Positions 1 to 11,739 of a stretch of DNA of 64,000 bases are shown here, in pieces. The DNA is from Octopus sinensis (Eukaryota), in assembly GCF_006345805.1 (NCBI RefSeq), contig NC_043010.1:4588001-4652000 (forward strand), in the 5' to 3' direction. Made by a program: the position numbers and the translations under genes. Numbering within the stretch: position 1 is the stretch's first letter; every line of letters starts with the position of its first letter. The notes under the pieces are model-generated. The model searched no databases, had not been told where the DNA came from, and was given only the letters and a program-made list of their open reading frames with translations.

Positions 1-12
1 ATTAAAACAAAA

Positions 13-49
<37 letters not shown>

Positions 50-394
50 GCTATTCAATTCTATTCTAAGAATTGTATTGCATTGTATTCTGCAATATTT
101 AAAGCATAGAAAAATAAACCATCATTATTTTTTTTTCTTGCCCTAACAATGAAGAACTAGACTGTCGCAGGGAAATTATAGGATGTCTGTAAACTGTGCC
201 TAATCAGTATAAATTAGCAATATTAGAATAATATTTTAAAATGTCATAACAAATCAATGAATGATTGTGGAAATATTAGAAAATAATTTGGTCGTTTCTT
301 ATGAAAGTAAATATTCTTGTAAAATGATATGTTTTGCGAGAAGAATTAGAGTTGAACAATTCCCAAGATGCTCCAACCATTCTTTATGCTGCTG

Positions 395-1910
395 CTGCTG
401 ATGATGATGATGATGTTGATGGTGTTTATAGTGGTGGTGGTGTTGGTTGCAGTGATGTTGGTTGTGGTGATATTGGTTGTATTAGTAGGGGGTCATGGTG
501 GTGGTTGTGGTGGTCATTGTGCTCATAGAGGTAGTGACATAGAAAGCAGTAGTAGTGATGATGATGGTAGTAGTGGTATTGATAGTGATGGTGGTGGTGG
601 TGGCGGTGGCGGTACAGATTGCGATAGTAGTAATGGTAGTGGTGGAGATCGCGATAATGCTGGTGATGGTGGTAGTGACGGTCATGGTGATAGTGGTAGT
701 AGTAGTAGTAGTTGTGGTGGCGGTGGTGGTGGTGGTGATGGTGTTGGTGGTGTTGTTTTTGGTAGTAGTAGTAGTAGTGATGGTGATGGTGGCTTTGGTC
801 ATAGCAGTGGTCCTGATGGAGATAGTGGTTGTGATACTCCTGGGGAAGAGAGGTGATATCGTGTGAGTAAGGATGAGGTATCGGGGATGGTATCAGGACA
901 ATAATAGGGGGTAGAGATGGTATTGAGATAGCTGATATGGAGAGGAAGGGAGGGTAGATATTAGTTAGGGTTGTGGTGGTGGGGGGAGAAGAGGAATGGT
1001 ATAAATACTATCATAGTGGTGAGGAAGAGAGATGATACTAGCACAATGAGATAAGGGTAGGAGGAAGATAATGGTAATGGCACGGTGGTGGTGGTGGTGG
1101 TGGTGGAAAAGGAGAAAAGAAATGGTATTGGGATGGAGGATGTGTTAGTTAAGAGGGAGGAGATGGCATTGTGACAATATGTGTTGGTGGTAAAAGGCAT
1201 GAAGAATGGTTCTTGGTGAGGAGAGAGAAATGGTATTGAGATGATGGCAGTGTTGATGGGGAGAGGATAACCCGTATTGACAAAAAAGAGATGCTGGTGG
1301 TGGTGGTGGTAGTGGTAGTGGTGGTGGTGGTGGTGGTGGTGGTGGTGGTGGTGGTGGTGGTGATGGTGGTGGTGGTGGTGGTGGTGGTGGTGGTGGTGGT
1401 GGTGGTGGCGGTGGTGATAGTGCTGGTGGTGGTGATAGTGCTGGTGGTGGTGGTAGTGGGGGTGGTGGTGGTGGTGGTGGTGGTGGTGGTGGTTTTGGTG
1501 GTGGTGATGATGGTGGTGGTGGTGGTGGTAGTGGTGGTAGTGGTGGTGGTGGCGGTGGTGGTGGTGGTGGTAGTGGTGATGGTGGTGGTGGTGGTGATTG
1601 TGGTGGTAGTGGTGATAGTGGTGATAGTGGTGGTTTTGGTGGTGGTGGTGGTGGTGGTGGTAGTGGTAATGGTGGTGGTGAAAGGAGCTGGTATTGGGAG
1701 AATGGTTGTGGTGAACTTTATAGTTGTCAATACTAGTGGTCGAGATTGCAATGCTGCTTAAAGATAGAAGATTGTTTTACAGATGGTGATGGTGGATGTT
1801 GTGGTGGTGATGGTGATGGTGGATGTTGTGGTGGTGATGGTGATGGTGGATGTTGTGGTGGTGATGGATGCTGTTGTTGTGGTGGTGATGGTGATGGTGG
1901 TGGCAGTCGT
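395..1910. repeat. Compound (GGT)n/(GAT)n/(AGT)n trinucleotide microsatellite region
   Basis: Long GGT runs are directly visible (purest 1295-1680) and account for the poly-V/poly-T/poly-G ORFs. Confidence 0.95.
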
Positions 1911-3721
1911 CGTCGTCATATCAAATATTTGTGTTTATTGTGATGCAGAAAATGATGTTTTTATAGGAGATGTGATTTTTTAAGAGAAGTGCTCATTGCA
2001 AACTGACCTTTATGTCAACACGGGGAGGAAAAAAATGTTGTTTTTGCCCAACCCCCTTTTTTTAGATTAAAACCTGGTCATATGAAAAGGACACAAAAAT
2101 ATATTTGTCCCTAGAAGAAAACAGAGGGACAAAGACAGCAAAAAATATTTTTTTATAAAAAAAAAAAAGTGGCAGATGCGAGGAAAGTGCACCTTAAAAA
2201 CTTAAAAGCATCCTCATGTTGTTGCCGGTGCAGTGGTTTGATCTGTCAGAGAAGGTGATTCAATATTAGTACAGCTGTGAGAAATTAAACAGGGCAAAGA
2301 TGCTTTCTTTGAGCGGCGGTGAAGTGTCATGCAAGTAAAAAGAATTGGCAAATGGCTGAAAATGGCATTACCAGAGCTGAAATGGATTCGCTAATATAGG
2401 GTCTTGGATAATCCAAATGGATTTTTTATGGGATTCAATCAATAATGTTGAAACCAGTTGTCAGTGCAATACTGCAGATGTGAAAAAAATAAACACTGAT
2501 AAGATTTGGTAACAATTTATATCAGTTTATATTTGTTTGTATTTATAGCGGTTTATGAAGCAGGCAAGATATCCGCCATTGCTTAATGGAATGACTGTTT
2601 TTTGGTCTCTTTTGGCTGGAGTTTACTTTTAGTTTAAGCTGTGTGTTTTGCTAACTTTTCTAGATTTATTTATTTATTTATATATTTGTTTGTTTGTTTG
2701 TTTTTTTGTCAAGTTTTGCAGAAGAGAATATCACAAAGAAAAGGGGACAGACTGATAGCAATTAGCCACTAAGTGTTAGCAACAACAGCAACAACAACAA
2801 CAACAACAACAACAACAGCAGCAGCAATAACAACAACAACAATGATAGCGATGATGATGATGACAATCAAATATTACGTAACCTTCACTTTATACCTTTG
2901 GTCATCAACACATGGAAAAACTGGAAAAATACCAGAGTTGATATCTGTGATGGCTTTGTGACAATAAAACCTTGAAGGGTCACGTATGTGAGAGACTGTT
3001 TGATTTTTAGTTTATAATGTAATAACAGCTCAGCTTGCAAGAAAGACCCCCAGCACTGCACACGGTAGGATGGATATTGGCAAAGGGGAAAGAAACAAAG
3101 TAATAGAACTTAATAGAGGAAATGTATTGGAAAAAAAAAGAAAAGAAAAGAAAAAAAGGGAAAAAATACAATATGCGACGATAGAGATAAACTGAGTGTA
3201 TGATGAGTTTGTGATTTAGAAACAGAAAATAATAATAGCCCGGCTGTTTGATATGTTTATGATACACAGAAATAGGGGAAGAAAAATATACAAGATATGA
3301 AGTAGATTTTTAATGCACAGGTACAGAGTAAAAAATATTACAGGACTGTTTTTGTTTTTTTTCCTACTTTTTTGGCAGAATAAGAATATAGATTTACTTT
3401 AGCTATGAGGTAGGGTTGAAATAAATCAGAACAGTTTGCCTCTCTAATGGAGCTATGGTATAAACATTAACCATAGAATGAATTTAGCTATAAGAAAACG
3501 TTTGTTGTATAAAAAAATTCCTTGGTTTAACTACATCATTGGTTTTGCAGCCGAAAGTGATTAGTAAAAATAATTCTTATGTATAGCTAGATTTCTTTCA
3601 TAATGAGTAACATAATTTCATAGATATGAAATATGAGTAAAACTTAATTAGTATTAATATCTTTAGAATATTTTGAGAATATTTGTTGATAATGTTGAAA
3701 ACAAAAGTTTTGGGAAAAAAA

Positions 3722-3889
3722 GGAATGGCTGTGTGGTAAGAAGCTTATTTCCTAACCACGTGGTTTTGGGTTCAGTCCCACTGCATGGCACTTTGGGCAA
3801 GTGTCTTCTACTATAGCCTTATGCCAACCAAAGCGTTGTGAGAGGATTTGGTTGACAGAAACTGAAAGAATCCTATTGTATGTATATAT

Positions 3890-3925
<36 letters not shown>

Positions 3926-3997
3926 GCAATTAAGGATAACTTCTAATATATATAATATATATATATATATATGTATGTATGTATGTATATATATATG

Positions 3998-4076
<79 letters not shown>

Positions 4077-4575
4077 ATATACATATATATATACATATAT
4101 ATATATGAATACAAAATGGGACAAGAACGCAAAACATCCAGGCAGTTAGGTGATGCAAACGAGGGACAACAAAACATCTAGACAGACGATACAAAGAAAA
4201 CAAGGACGGGTCATTCAGAGTTTTCTTTTCTCAGTTGAGTTCCGGATTATCTTTGCAATTTTGGCTGGTTATACTCGAGATTGCTCCAATCTGACCAGCC
4301 CCAAAGAAAAACTAAGCTAAGAGCATTATATAGATATATTTGTATATCTTTGTGTGTGTGTATGTATAGATCTATGTATGTGTGTCTTTGTGTCTATGTT
4401 TGTCTCCCATCACTGCCTGACAACCAGTGTCGGTGTGTTTATGTCCCAGTAACATAGCGGTTCAGTAGGAGAGATCAATAGAATAAGTACCAGACTTTAA
4501 AAAAAAAAGTTCTGGGTCTATTTCTTTGACTAAAACCCTTCTAGGTGGTGCTCCTGTATGACTGCAGTAAAATAA
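3722..4575 (+). mobile_element. tRNA-derived SINE, family A (internal microsatellite), interrupted by a nested insertion
   Basis: Head TGGCTGTGTGGTAAG...GGGTTCAGTCCC (A/B-box-like), internal (TA)n and degenerate 3' tail. Matches the other family A copies in the window. Confidence 0.85.
4106..4325. mobile_element. Non-SINE repeat fragment nested in the SINE's (TA)n tract, possibly PLE-related
   Basis: Complex sequence absent from all other family A copies and bounded by TA-rich tracts. The PLE assignment is inference. Confidence 0.4.
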
Positions 4576-5167
4576 ATGGTAAAAGTATCACAGTTTAAAT
4601 TCAGAATTGTGTATTTCTCAAAAAATTTTTACAAGACCAGACCTTATTTTAAGGATCTATTTTTGATGGCCACGAATCCAGAAATATCTGCGAATATTTA
4701 GTGAATTCATTAATGTATCATATTGATAATCATAAATAATGGCTTTGTGGTTTCAGATTAATTTTGATATGATGTAATATGAAATGTTAACTCTTCTATG
4801 ATTCACTGCAATTAACCTTACTGTTTTCTTATTATCCAATGTATTTTTTAAAGTTCCATAAATTAGAATTAGTAATTAATCTCTTTTTCTAGTTATCTTC
4901 CCAAAAGTTTTTCTAGATTCTAAATTTGATTTAAAACTCAAAACAAAAATTTGCCATTAGCATATGGGTATATCGTTTTCTCGATGTTAATCCATACACC
5001 AAAAGCCTTTAGATGCATTTGAGTTAATTCTACACCTTTCACTCACCCTACACTCTACCATCACTCATAATCTCTCCATTTGATGTGCTTACCTAGTATA
5101 GAATTGTCAATCATTTCTGTGTGACTCTTCTATCTTTGATGTTAAGAGAATTTACTTATTATTAAAT

Positions 5168-5619
5168 GCAGGTTAGGCTGTGAGGTTAAGAAACCTGCTT
5201 TGCAACTATGTGGTTTTGGGTTCAGTCCCACTACATGGCACCTTGAACAAATGCCTTTTACTACAGCCCTGGGCTGACTGATACCTTGTAAGTGAATTTA
5301 GTAGACAGAAACTGTGAGAAATCCAGTTGTCTATATATACATACATACATTCAAACACACACACATACACACACATACATATATGTATGTGTATATATGT
5401 GTGTGTGTGTGAGTGTATGTGCATCTTTGTGTCTGTGTTACCACCATCACCACAAGACAACTAGTGTTGGATTGTTTATGTTGCTGTAACTTAGTGGTTC
5501 AACAAAAGAGAGTGATAGAATAAGTGCCAGACTTAAAAAAAAGAAGAACTGGAGGTGTTAACTCTTCAAAGCAGTGCCTCAGTAGGGCTGTGGCCCAATG
5601 AGTGAAACAAGTAAAAGAT
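5168..5619 (+). mobile_element. SINE family A, diverged
   Basis: Head ...GGTTTTGGGTTCAGTCCCACT, internal (CA)n/(TG)n, tail GAAACAAGTAAAAGA. Confidence 0.85.
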
Positions 5620-6502
5620 GTAAAAATATAACCAGAGAGAGAAAGTTTTAATTTATTCTATCCATTAGATCAAACACCAATTACCATTTATTGAGCCTGC
5701 AGACAGAAGAACTGCTCATGACTTTCACAAGTTTTCTGGGACTGGCAGATTGATACTGCTAGTGTTTCTCTTGAACAGGTGCAAGTGAATGGTTACATAA
5801 AATAAATGTGTAGGTAAGCTATTTCAGAAAAACAATGTTCTGAAGTGGAAAGACAAGAGATAGTTGTTGATTGAGCCTAGGTATAGTGGAGTAAAAAGAT
5901 GAGTTATTTAGAGTTAACTGAATGGTGATATCACAGAACAAGCTAGGTTTTCTGTTTCTAAATCACAAACTCATCATTCGCTCAGTTTATCTCTATAATC
6001 ACACATTGTATTTTTTCTTTGCTATTTTTTCCAATACATTTCCACTATTAAATTCTATTACTTTGTTTCTCTCCCTTTGCCAATATCCATCCTACCGTGT
6101 GCAGTGCTAGGGTCTTCCTTGCAAGCTGAGCTGTTATTACATTATAAACTAAAAATCAAACAGTCTCTCACATACGTGACCCTTCAAGGTTTTATTGTCA
6201 CAAAGCCATTGCAGATATCAACTCTGGTATTTTTCCTGTTTTGCATGTGTTGATGACCAAAAGTATAAAGTGAAGGCTACGAAATATTTGATTGTCATCA
6301 TAACTGCCATCAATGTTGTTGCTGCTGTTGTTGCTAACCCAGTAACAGAAACCAATTGCTATCAGCTTGTCCCCTTTCTTTGTTATATTCTGATATGCAA
6401 AAATTCAAAAAGAGAAAAATGAGAAAGAAAACTCTAGAACAGAGGCCAATACAGTAGCGGTAGAAAAAGTAGAATGACAAAGCAGAGGCTAGAGTGTAAT
6501 AC

Positions 6503-6905
6503 TCTCTCTCTTTTACTCTTTTACTTGTTTCAGTCATTTGACTGCGGCCATGCTGGAGCACCACCTTTAGTCGAGCAAATCGGCCCTGGGACTTATTCTT
6601 TGTAAGCCCAGTACTTATTCTATCGGTCTCTTTTGCCAAACCGCTATGTGACGGGGACATAAACACACCAGCATCGGTTGTCAAGCAATGCTAGGGGGAC
6701 AAACACAGACACACAAACACACACATATATATATATATACATATATACGACTGGCTTCTTTCAGTTTCTGTCTACCAAATCCACTCACAAGGCATTGGTC
6801 GGCCCGGGGCTATAGCAGAAGACACTTGCCCAAGATGCCCCGCAGTGGGACTGAACCCGGAACCATGTGATTGGTTAGCAAGCTACTTACCACATAGCCA
6901 CTCCT
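6503..6905 (-). mobile_element. SINE family A, full length
   Basis: Reverse complement of the complete head-microsatellite-tail structure, ending in a (CTTTTA)n-like tail. Confidence 0.92.
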
Positions 6906-7994
6906 TTCTTACTAATCTCTTTAGTTATGGTCTAAAAAGTTGGAGCTGGAGTTCATTGTAATTGTGACTCTCATATGAAATCTGTAAAGAGTGTGTTTTG
7001 TTCTTTGTTGCTGACAGATGAAATTTTTCCAGCCCTAAACAGGAAGACCAGTGTTTGTAATGTAGTTTTGCTTGCATTGGGAGCACGTGTTTACCTAGAG
7101 TTAACATCTGTGGTGGTGAGATTTGTTATTTTTTATAGCAGTCTTGTGGGTTCTAATTGTGTACTGTTCAATTTATGTTTAAGGTGAGAGTTGTGACAAT
7201 GTTTACTTGATGGTAACTCATTATCAATTATGCAAACAAGATAACATTATTTATGGTAAACGAATTGCATATTTAATACAGATTTTATTTCTCAAGATTT
7301 CAGAGTAAGTTTAATAGAATGAATTAGAATTTAATGATGGTTTTTGGTTATGTATATTAATGTAACCTTGAGGAATTACCATAAGCATTGTTACAGTTAG
7401 CAGAGAAATTTAATTAAAAATGCAGACATTAAATTAGTTAACTCTGATCATTCAAATAAAGGTGATATGTTGTGAGGAAAATTTGCTTGATTGCTAGCTT
7501 GCAGTTTTAAACAAAAAAGGATTAACAGCCCCAATAAAAACATCACGAATGGAAACTAATAATTCCCCCTTAAAAGCATTTTAGAATAAAACAAAAATTT
7601 TGAATACACATTAGAATAATTAAAAGTAACATCTTATGTAATGATTTAGGAAACATGTCAATTCCATCACAAAAATCACTGCCGTATTAATTGCTATGAA
7701 GAAAAACAAATGTTTTCAGCTTGTCATAATAGCAGAACATTGTCTGATAACATAGAAGAAAATATAGAAAAATGTAAAGTTTAGCAACAGCTGTAAATAC
7801 GTTTCGGAGCAGTTTTACTATAAAACTTAGTGAGATTAAGACACAGAAATTGATATTTTACTTGAGTCTGTACATGGAACAGTAGTAAAGTCATGGCTAC
7901 ATAGCTACGGTTATGGTTGAATAGATATTGTTTTATTTATCTTATTTAGTACATCTGAATATAAATAACTAGCTTTGGTTATTTTAATTGATGC

Positions 7995-8048
<54 letters not shown>

Positions 8049-8067
8049 TGATGATGATAATGATAGT

Positions 8068-8240
8068 CATCATCAACATCATCATCATCATCGTTTAACG
8101 TCCGTTTTCCATGCTAGCATGGGTTGGACGGTTCGACCGGGATCTGGGGAAGCCAGAAGGCTGCACCAGGCTCCAGTCTGATCTGGCAGTGTTTCTACAG
8201 CTGGATGCCCTTCCTAACGCCAACCACTCCGTGAGTGTAG
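8068..8240 (-). mobile_element. RTE-tail-type short element, family C
   Basis: Reverse complement of GGTTGGCGTTAGGAAGGGCATCCAGCTGTAGAAAC...GCTAGCATGGAAAACGGACGTTAAACGATGATG. Several copies in the window. Confidence 0.85.
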
Positions 8241-8758
8241 ATAATAATCGTAATAATGATGGTTTCAAATTTTGGCACAAGGCCTGCAGTTTTGGAGAAC
8301 GGGCTAAGTCGATTACACCAATCCCAGCGCTCAACTGGTACACATTTTATCGACCCCAAATGGATGAAATGTGAAGCTGAACTCAGTGGTATTTGAATCA
8401 GAATGAAAAGCCAGAAGAAACGTCACCAAGCATTTTGTTTGCCGCTCACCAACTTAATGACAACAACAACAACAATTTATCCTAGCATGAAAGAAAACGG
8501 AAAGGACCTGCATAATGTGCTGTTAATGGAGGTTTAAACAACATAGGTGAACACAAAAACCTGAGTGCAAGAAGTAAAGCTTCCTTCAAGGTAGAGCTAG
8601 AAATGCAATTTTCAAGTAGGTAAGCGGTTTTAAACAGGAGTGATATATTCAAAATTGGTAACACTAAAAATTGTTGAGGATAAATTAAATTTATTATTGT
8701 TCCTGAATATGTTAGTGTTATTTAATTTCTGAACAGTTTTGCTGCTGTTTGTTTATAT

Positions 8759-8924
8759 AGGCACAGGAGTGGCTGTGTGGTAAGTAGCTTGCTAACCAAC
8801 CACATGGTTCCGGGTTCAGTCCCACTGCGTGGCATCTTGGGCAAGTGTCTTCTGCTATAGCCCCGGGCCGACCAATGCCTTGTGAGTGGATTTGGTAGAC
8901 GGAAATTGAAAGAAGCCTGTTGTA

Positions 8925-8975
<51 letters not shown>

Positions 8976-9192
8976 ATGTCTGTGTTTGTCTCCCTAGCAT
9001 TGCTTGACAACCGATGCTGGTGTGTTTACGTCCCCGTCACTTAGTGGTTCGGCAAAAAGAGACCGATAGAATAAGTGCTGGGCTTACAAAGAATAAGTCC
9101 CGGGGTCGATTTGCTCGACTAAAGGCGGTGCTCCAGCATGGCTGCAGTCAAAATGACTGAAACAAGTAAAAAGAAAAAAGAAAAAGAAAAAG
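8759..9192 (+). mobile_element. SINE family A, full length
   Basis: AGGCACAGGAGTGGCTGTGTGGTAAG head, internal (TA)n, tail AAAGGCGGTGCTCCAGCATGG...GAAACAAGTAAAAAG. Confidence 0.92.
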
Positions 9193-9544
9193 AATAGTTT
9201 GATTTCTCCTCTTGGTTTGCAATGTTAGCAAAAAAAGGGTTGTTATTGCCATTGCCCTCTAAATTTATTGCGTCTTTCATAATTTTGTTTTTTGTTACTT
9301 AATCTTTTGTGTTACTCAAATCATAATTGCTAATGTTTATAAATGTCTGATTGTTTAATTTTCATATGTTTTCGATTTTTTTTTTTCCACTCTTTAAATT
9401 TGACTTTGTGCCATTAAAAAATTTCGAAGGCATATTCATTGTAGCTATCATTTCTTCCAGCTACTACTGCAATGACCTTACTGAGGTGCTAATAAACAAG
9501 ACAAAAGGATCTGATGAGTAGAAAAATATATCTGAGGACAGATC

Positions 9545-9775
9545 TTTATGCACAAAAAATGCATTAAAAATGGGAAAAAAAATTAAGGTAAATTTTTTTT
9601 TAAATCGTTGACTCATCGCAGACATTTTTAGAGAGTTACTTCCCTTATATAATATCGAAAAAATGCATTAAAAATGGGAAAAATTATGGCAAATTTTTTT
9701 TTAAATCATAGACTCATCACAGACGCGCGCTAATACCCAGAAGGGCTTGATATGAATCATGACTATAAGATTATA
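9545..9775 (-). mobile_element. Internal fragment of the non-autonomous Helitron family at 17326-17724, with an internal ~100-bp duplication
   Basis: Reverse complement matches 17425-17560 (CTAATACCCAGAAGGGCTTGATATGAATC; GAGAGTTACTTCCCTTATAT). Confidence 0.8.
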
Positions 9776-9794
9776 TGGTTAAACTACATATATG

Positions 9795-9910
9795 GTTAAA
9801 CCCAAGGTTATAGTAGAAGACACTTGCCCAAGGTGTCACGTAGTAGGACTGAACCCAGAACCATGTGGTTGGTAAGCAAGCTACTTACCACACAGCCACT
9901 CCTACGCCTA
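9795..9910 (-). mobile_element. SINE family A head fragment
   Basis: AGAAGACACTTGCCCAAGG...CTACTTACCACACAGCCACTCCTACGCC. Confidence 0.85.
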
Positions 9911-9924
9911 TACATATTTCTTTC

Positions 9925-10144
9925 CAGATACTGCCACTTTGCCACTTGATCTCATCAGACCACAAGATGAGAGTGTGTTGTAGACATGAAATTTGGGGCT
10001 GAGTACATGTGCACCTGAAATTCTTGTTTCTGTAATGGCTGCCACATCTAAACCTAGTCATTTGAGATTATTGAGCAATTGACCTTGCTTCCAAGGCAAA
10101 CTGAGACCACATACATTTACCCATCCAACTCTGAGTGACACCAT
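9925..10144 (-). pseudogene. Non-LTR retrotransposon ORF2 AP-endonuclease N-terminal remnant (Tx1/L1-like)
   Basis: Minus-strand translation MVSLRVGWVNVCGLSLPWKQGQLLNNLK*LGLDVAAITETR shows the APE motifs NVxGL and D(I/V)xxxxET, with an internal stop. Confidence 0.7.
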
Positions 10145-10554
10145 GCTTATTGGGGAAATATGAGGGAGATGTTACTCACCTTCATCCTCAAGAATGTTAA
10201 GTTGTCTGTTTCTTTTCTCTGTGGGTGTCCCTTAAAAGGTTCTTGTAATAATATCTTTTTTTATTACCCTTTACTATTTCATTGTTGTTTTCCTCTATAA
10301 TGGTGAAATTGATGAGAAATAGTTTTTTATTTGTGTGTGTTGTTGTGCTGTTGTTAATATCATTAATTCTTTTTTTCTTTGTTACTAGGCTTATGTGGTG
10401 TCCTGTTGTGGTTGTAGAAGTAATGTAGCAGATTTGGTTCTGGGTGTAGTGGTAGCAGAGTTTCTACAGCTGGATATATATATGCACGCACACAGAATGT
10501 ACATGTACAGTATATTTATACCCAATAATCATATTCAGGCAATATCCAGTAATA

Positions 10555-10828
10555 ATATTCAAATACCTGAGCAGGTATCACCAAGCTTTAGACAAAATTT
10601 GATGCAGAGTCTCTGCTCAACCTTCTCTCATCATCGTCAATGCGGTGATCACATGCTACACACCTTCCTTCAAAGCACTGCTGTAAACAGTGGGAGCCAG
10701 CTAGAACATCAAAACTTAGTTCACATGCACAGCCAAGTTCAAGTTCATTCTGTACCAAACGGCTTCACTCTGCATGTTTTAGCTTCTTGACTATGGCAAT
10801 AGTCTGGATACTTATTGATCAGACCGTG
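10555..10828 (-). mobile_element. mariner 5' fragment (TIR plus transposase N-terminus)
   Basis: TA at 10829-10830 followed by TIR-like CACGGTCTGATCAATAAGTATCCAG. Translation VEQRLCIKFCLKLGDTCS is a mariner N-terminus. Confidence 0.75.
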
Positions 10829-10921
10829 TATAGTGTATATATATATATGCCTGTCTTTGTGTGTTCCCTCTGTTTTTAGCCTCCTGTGAGCAATAAAGAA
10901 ATATACATATATATATATATT

Positions 10922-11260
10922 TGGCTTTTGCTTCGGCTTTGGTTTCGGCTTCGGGTTTGGGTTCGGGTTTGGGTCCGGGTTCAGGTTCGGGTCCAGGTAT
11001 GGGTTTGGGTTCGGGTTCAGGTTCGGGTCCAGCTTCGGCTTCGGGTCCGGGTTCGGCTTTGGGTTCGGGTTTGGGTTTGGGTTTGGGTTCGGGTCTGGGT
11101 TCGGGTTCGGGTTCGGGTTCGGGTTCGGGTCCGGATTCGGGTTCGGGTCCGGATTCGGGTTCGGGTTCGGGTCCGGATTCGGGTTCGGTTCGGGTTCGGG
11201 TTCGGGTTCGGGTCCAGATTCGGGTTCGGCTTCGGGTTCGGGTTCGGCTTCGGCTTTGGT
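10922..11260. repeat. (TTCGGG)n hexamer minisatellite with variants
   Basis: Directly visible; explains the PE/PN/GS-repeat ORFs. Confidence 0.95.
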
Positions 11261-11739
11261 GTCCTGTACCCATATATGCATGTATATATACATGTAGAGG
11301 TAGGTACGTACATATATTTATATATATATATGCATATGTTTTTATTATTAATATATATATATATATATATATATAAAGATATATATATATATGCATGTAT
11401 TAAATATGAGTGCATATGTGTCTATTCATTCTGACGAATCTTAGTTCTAGTGTACCCAATAATGGTATGTGATTATTGAACTGACTGTATTTTCAGTTTT
11501 CTAAATCTTTGACATCCTGAATCCTACCTCCTACTGCTACTGCTTTGATGCCAAGGAAAACAAAAAAACAAAAAAAGCAGCAGCTCAAAGCTAGACAAAA
11601 TGTTTCTTCTTTACATGTGGGTAACCTAATTTGCACATTCGTGTCAGTTTGGCAATATTTAAAAAAAATATATATTACTAATATTCCAACCTTGTGTGAA
11701 AATATTCATTCAGTTATGAAGTGTGTACGTGTGTGCATA

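Noticed and set aside
334-1983. Long poly-V/T/G/D ORFs
   Set aside because: Pure translations of trinucleotide microsatellites, open in several frames on both strands.
4200-4240. Hammerhead-like CTGAGAA...GAAT on the minus strand
   Set aside because: G8 and A15.1 are missing, and no stem I partner or valid NUH register could be built.
9505-9530. CTGATGAGTAGAAAA
   Set aside because: No room for stem II and no helix III.
10745-11434. [12 protein letters not shown] ORFs resembling surface or structural proteins
   Set aside because: Hexamer minisatellite flanked by (TA)n, open in all frames, with no splice or start context.
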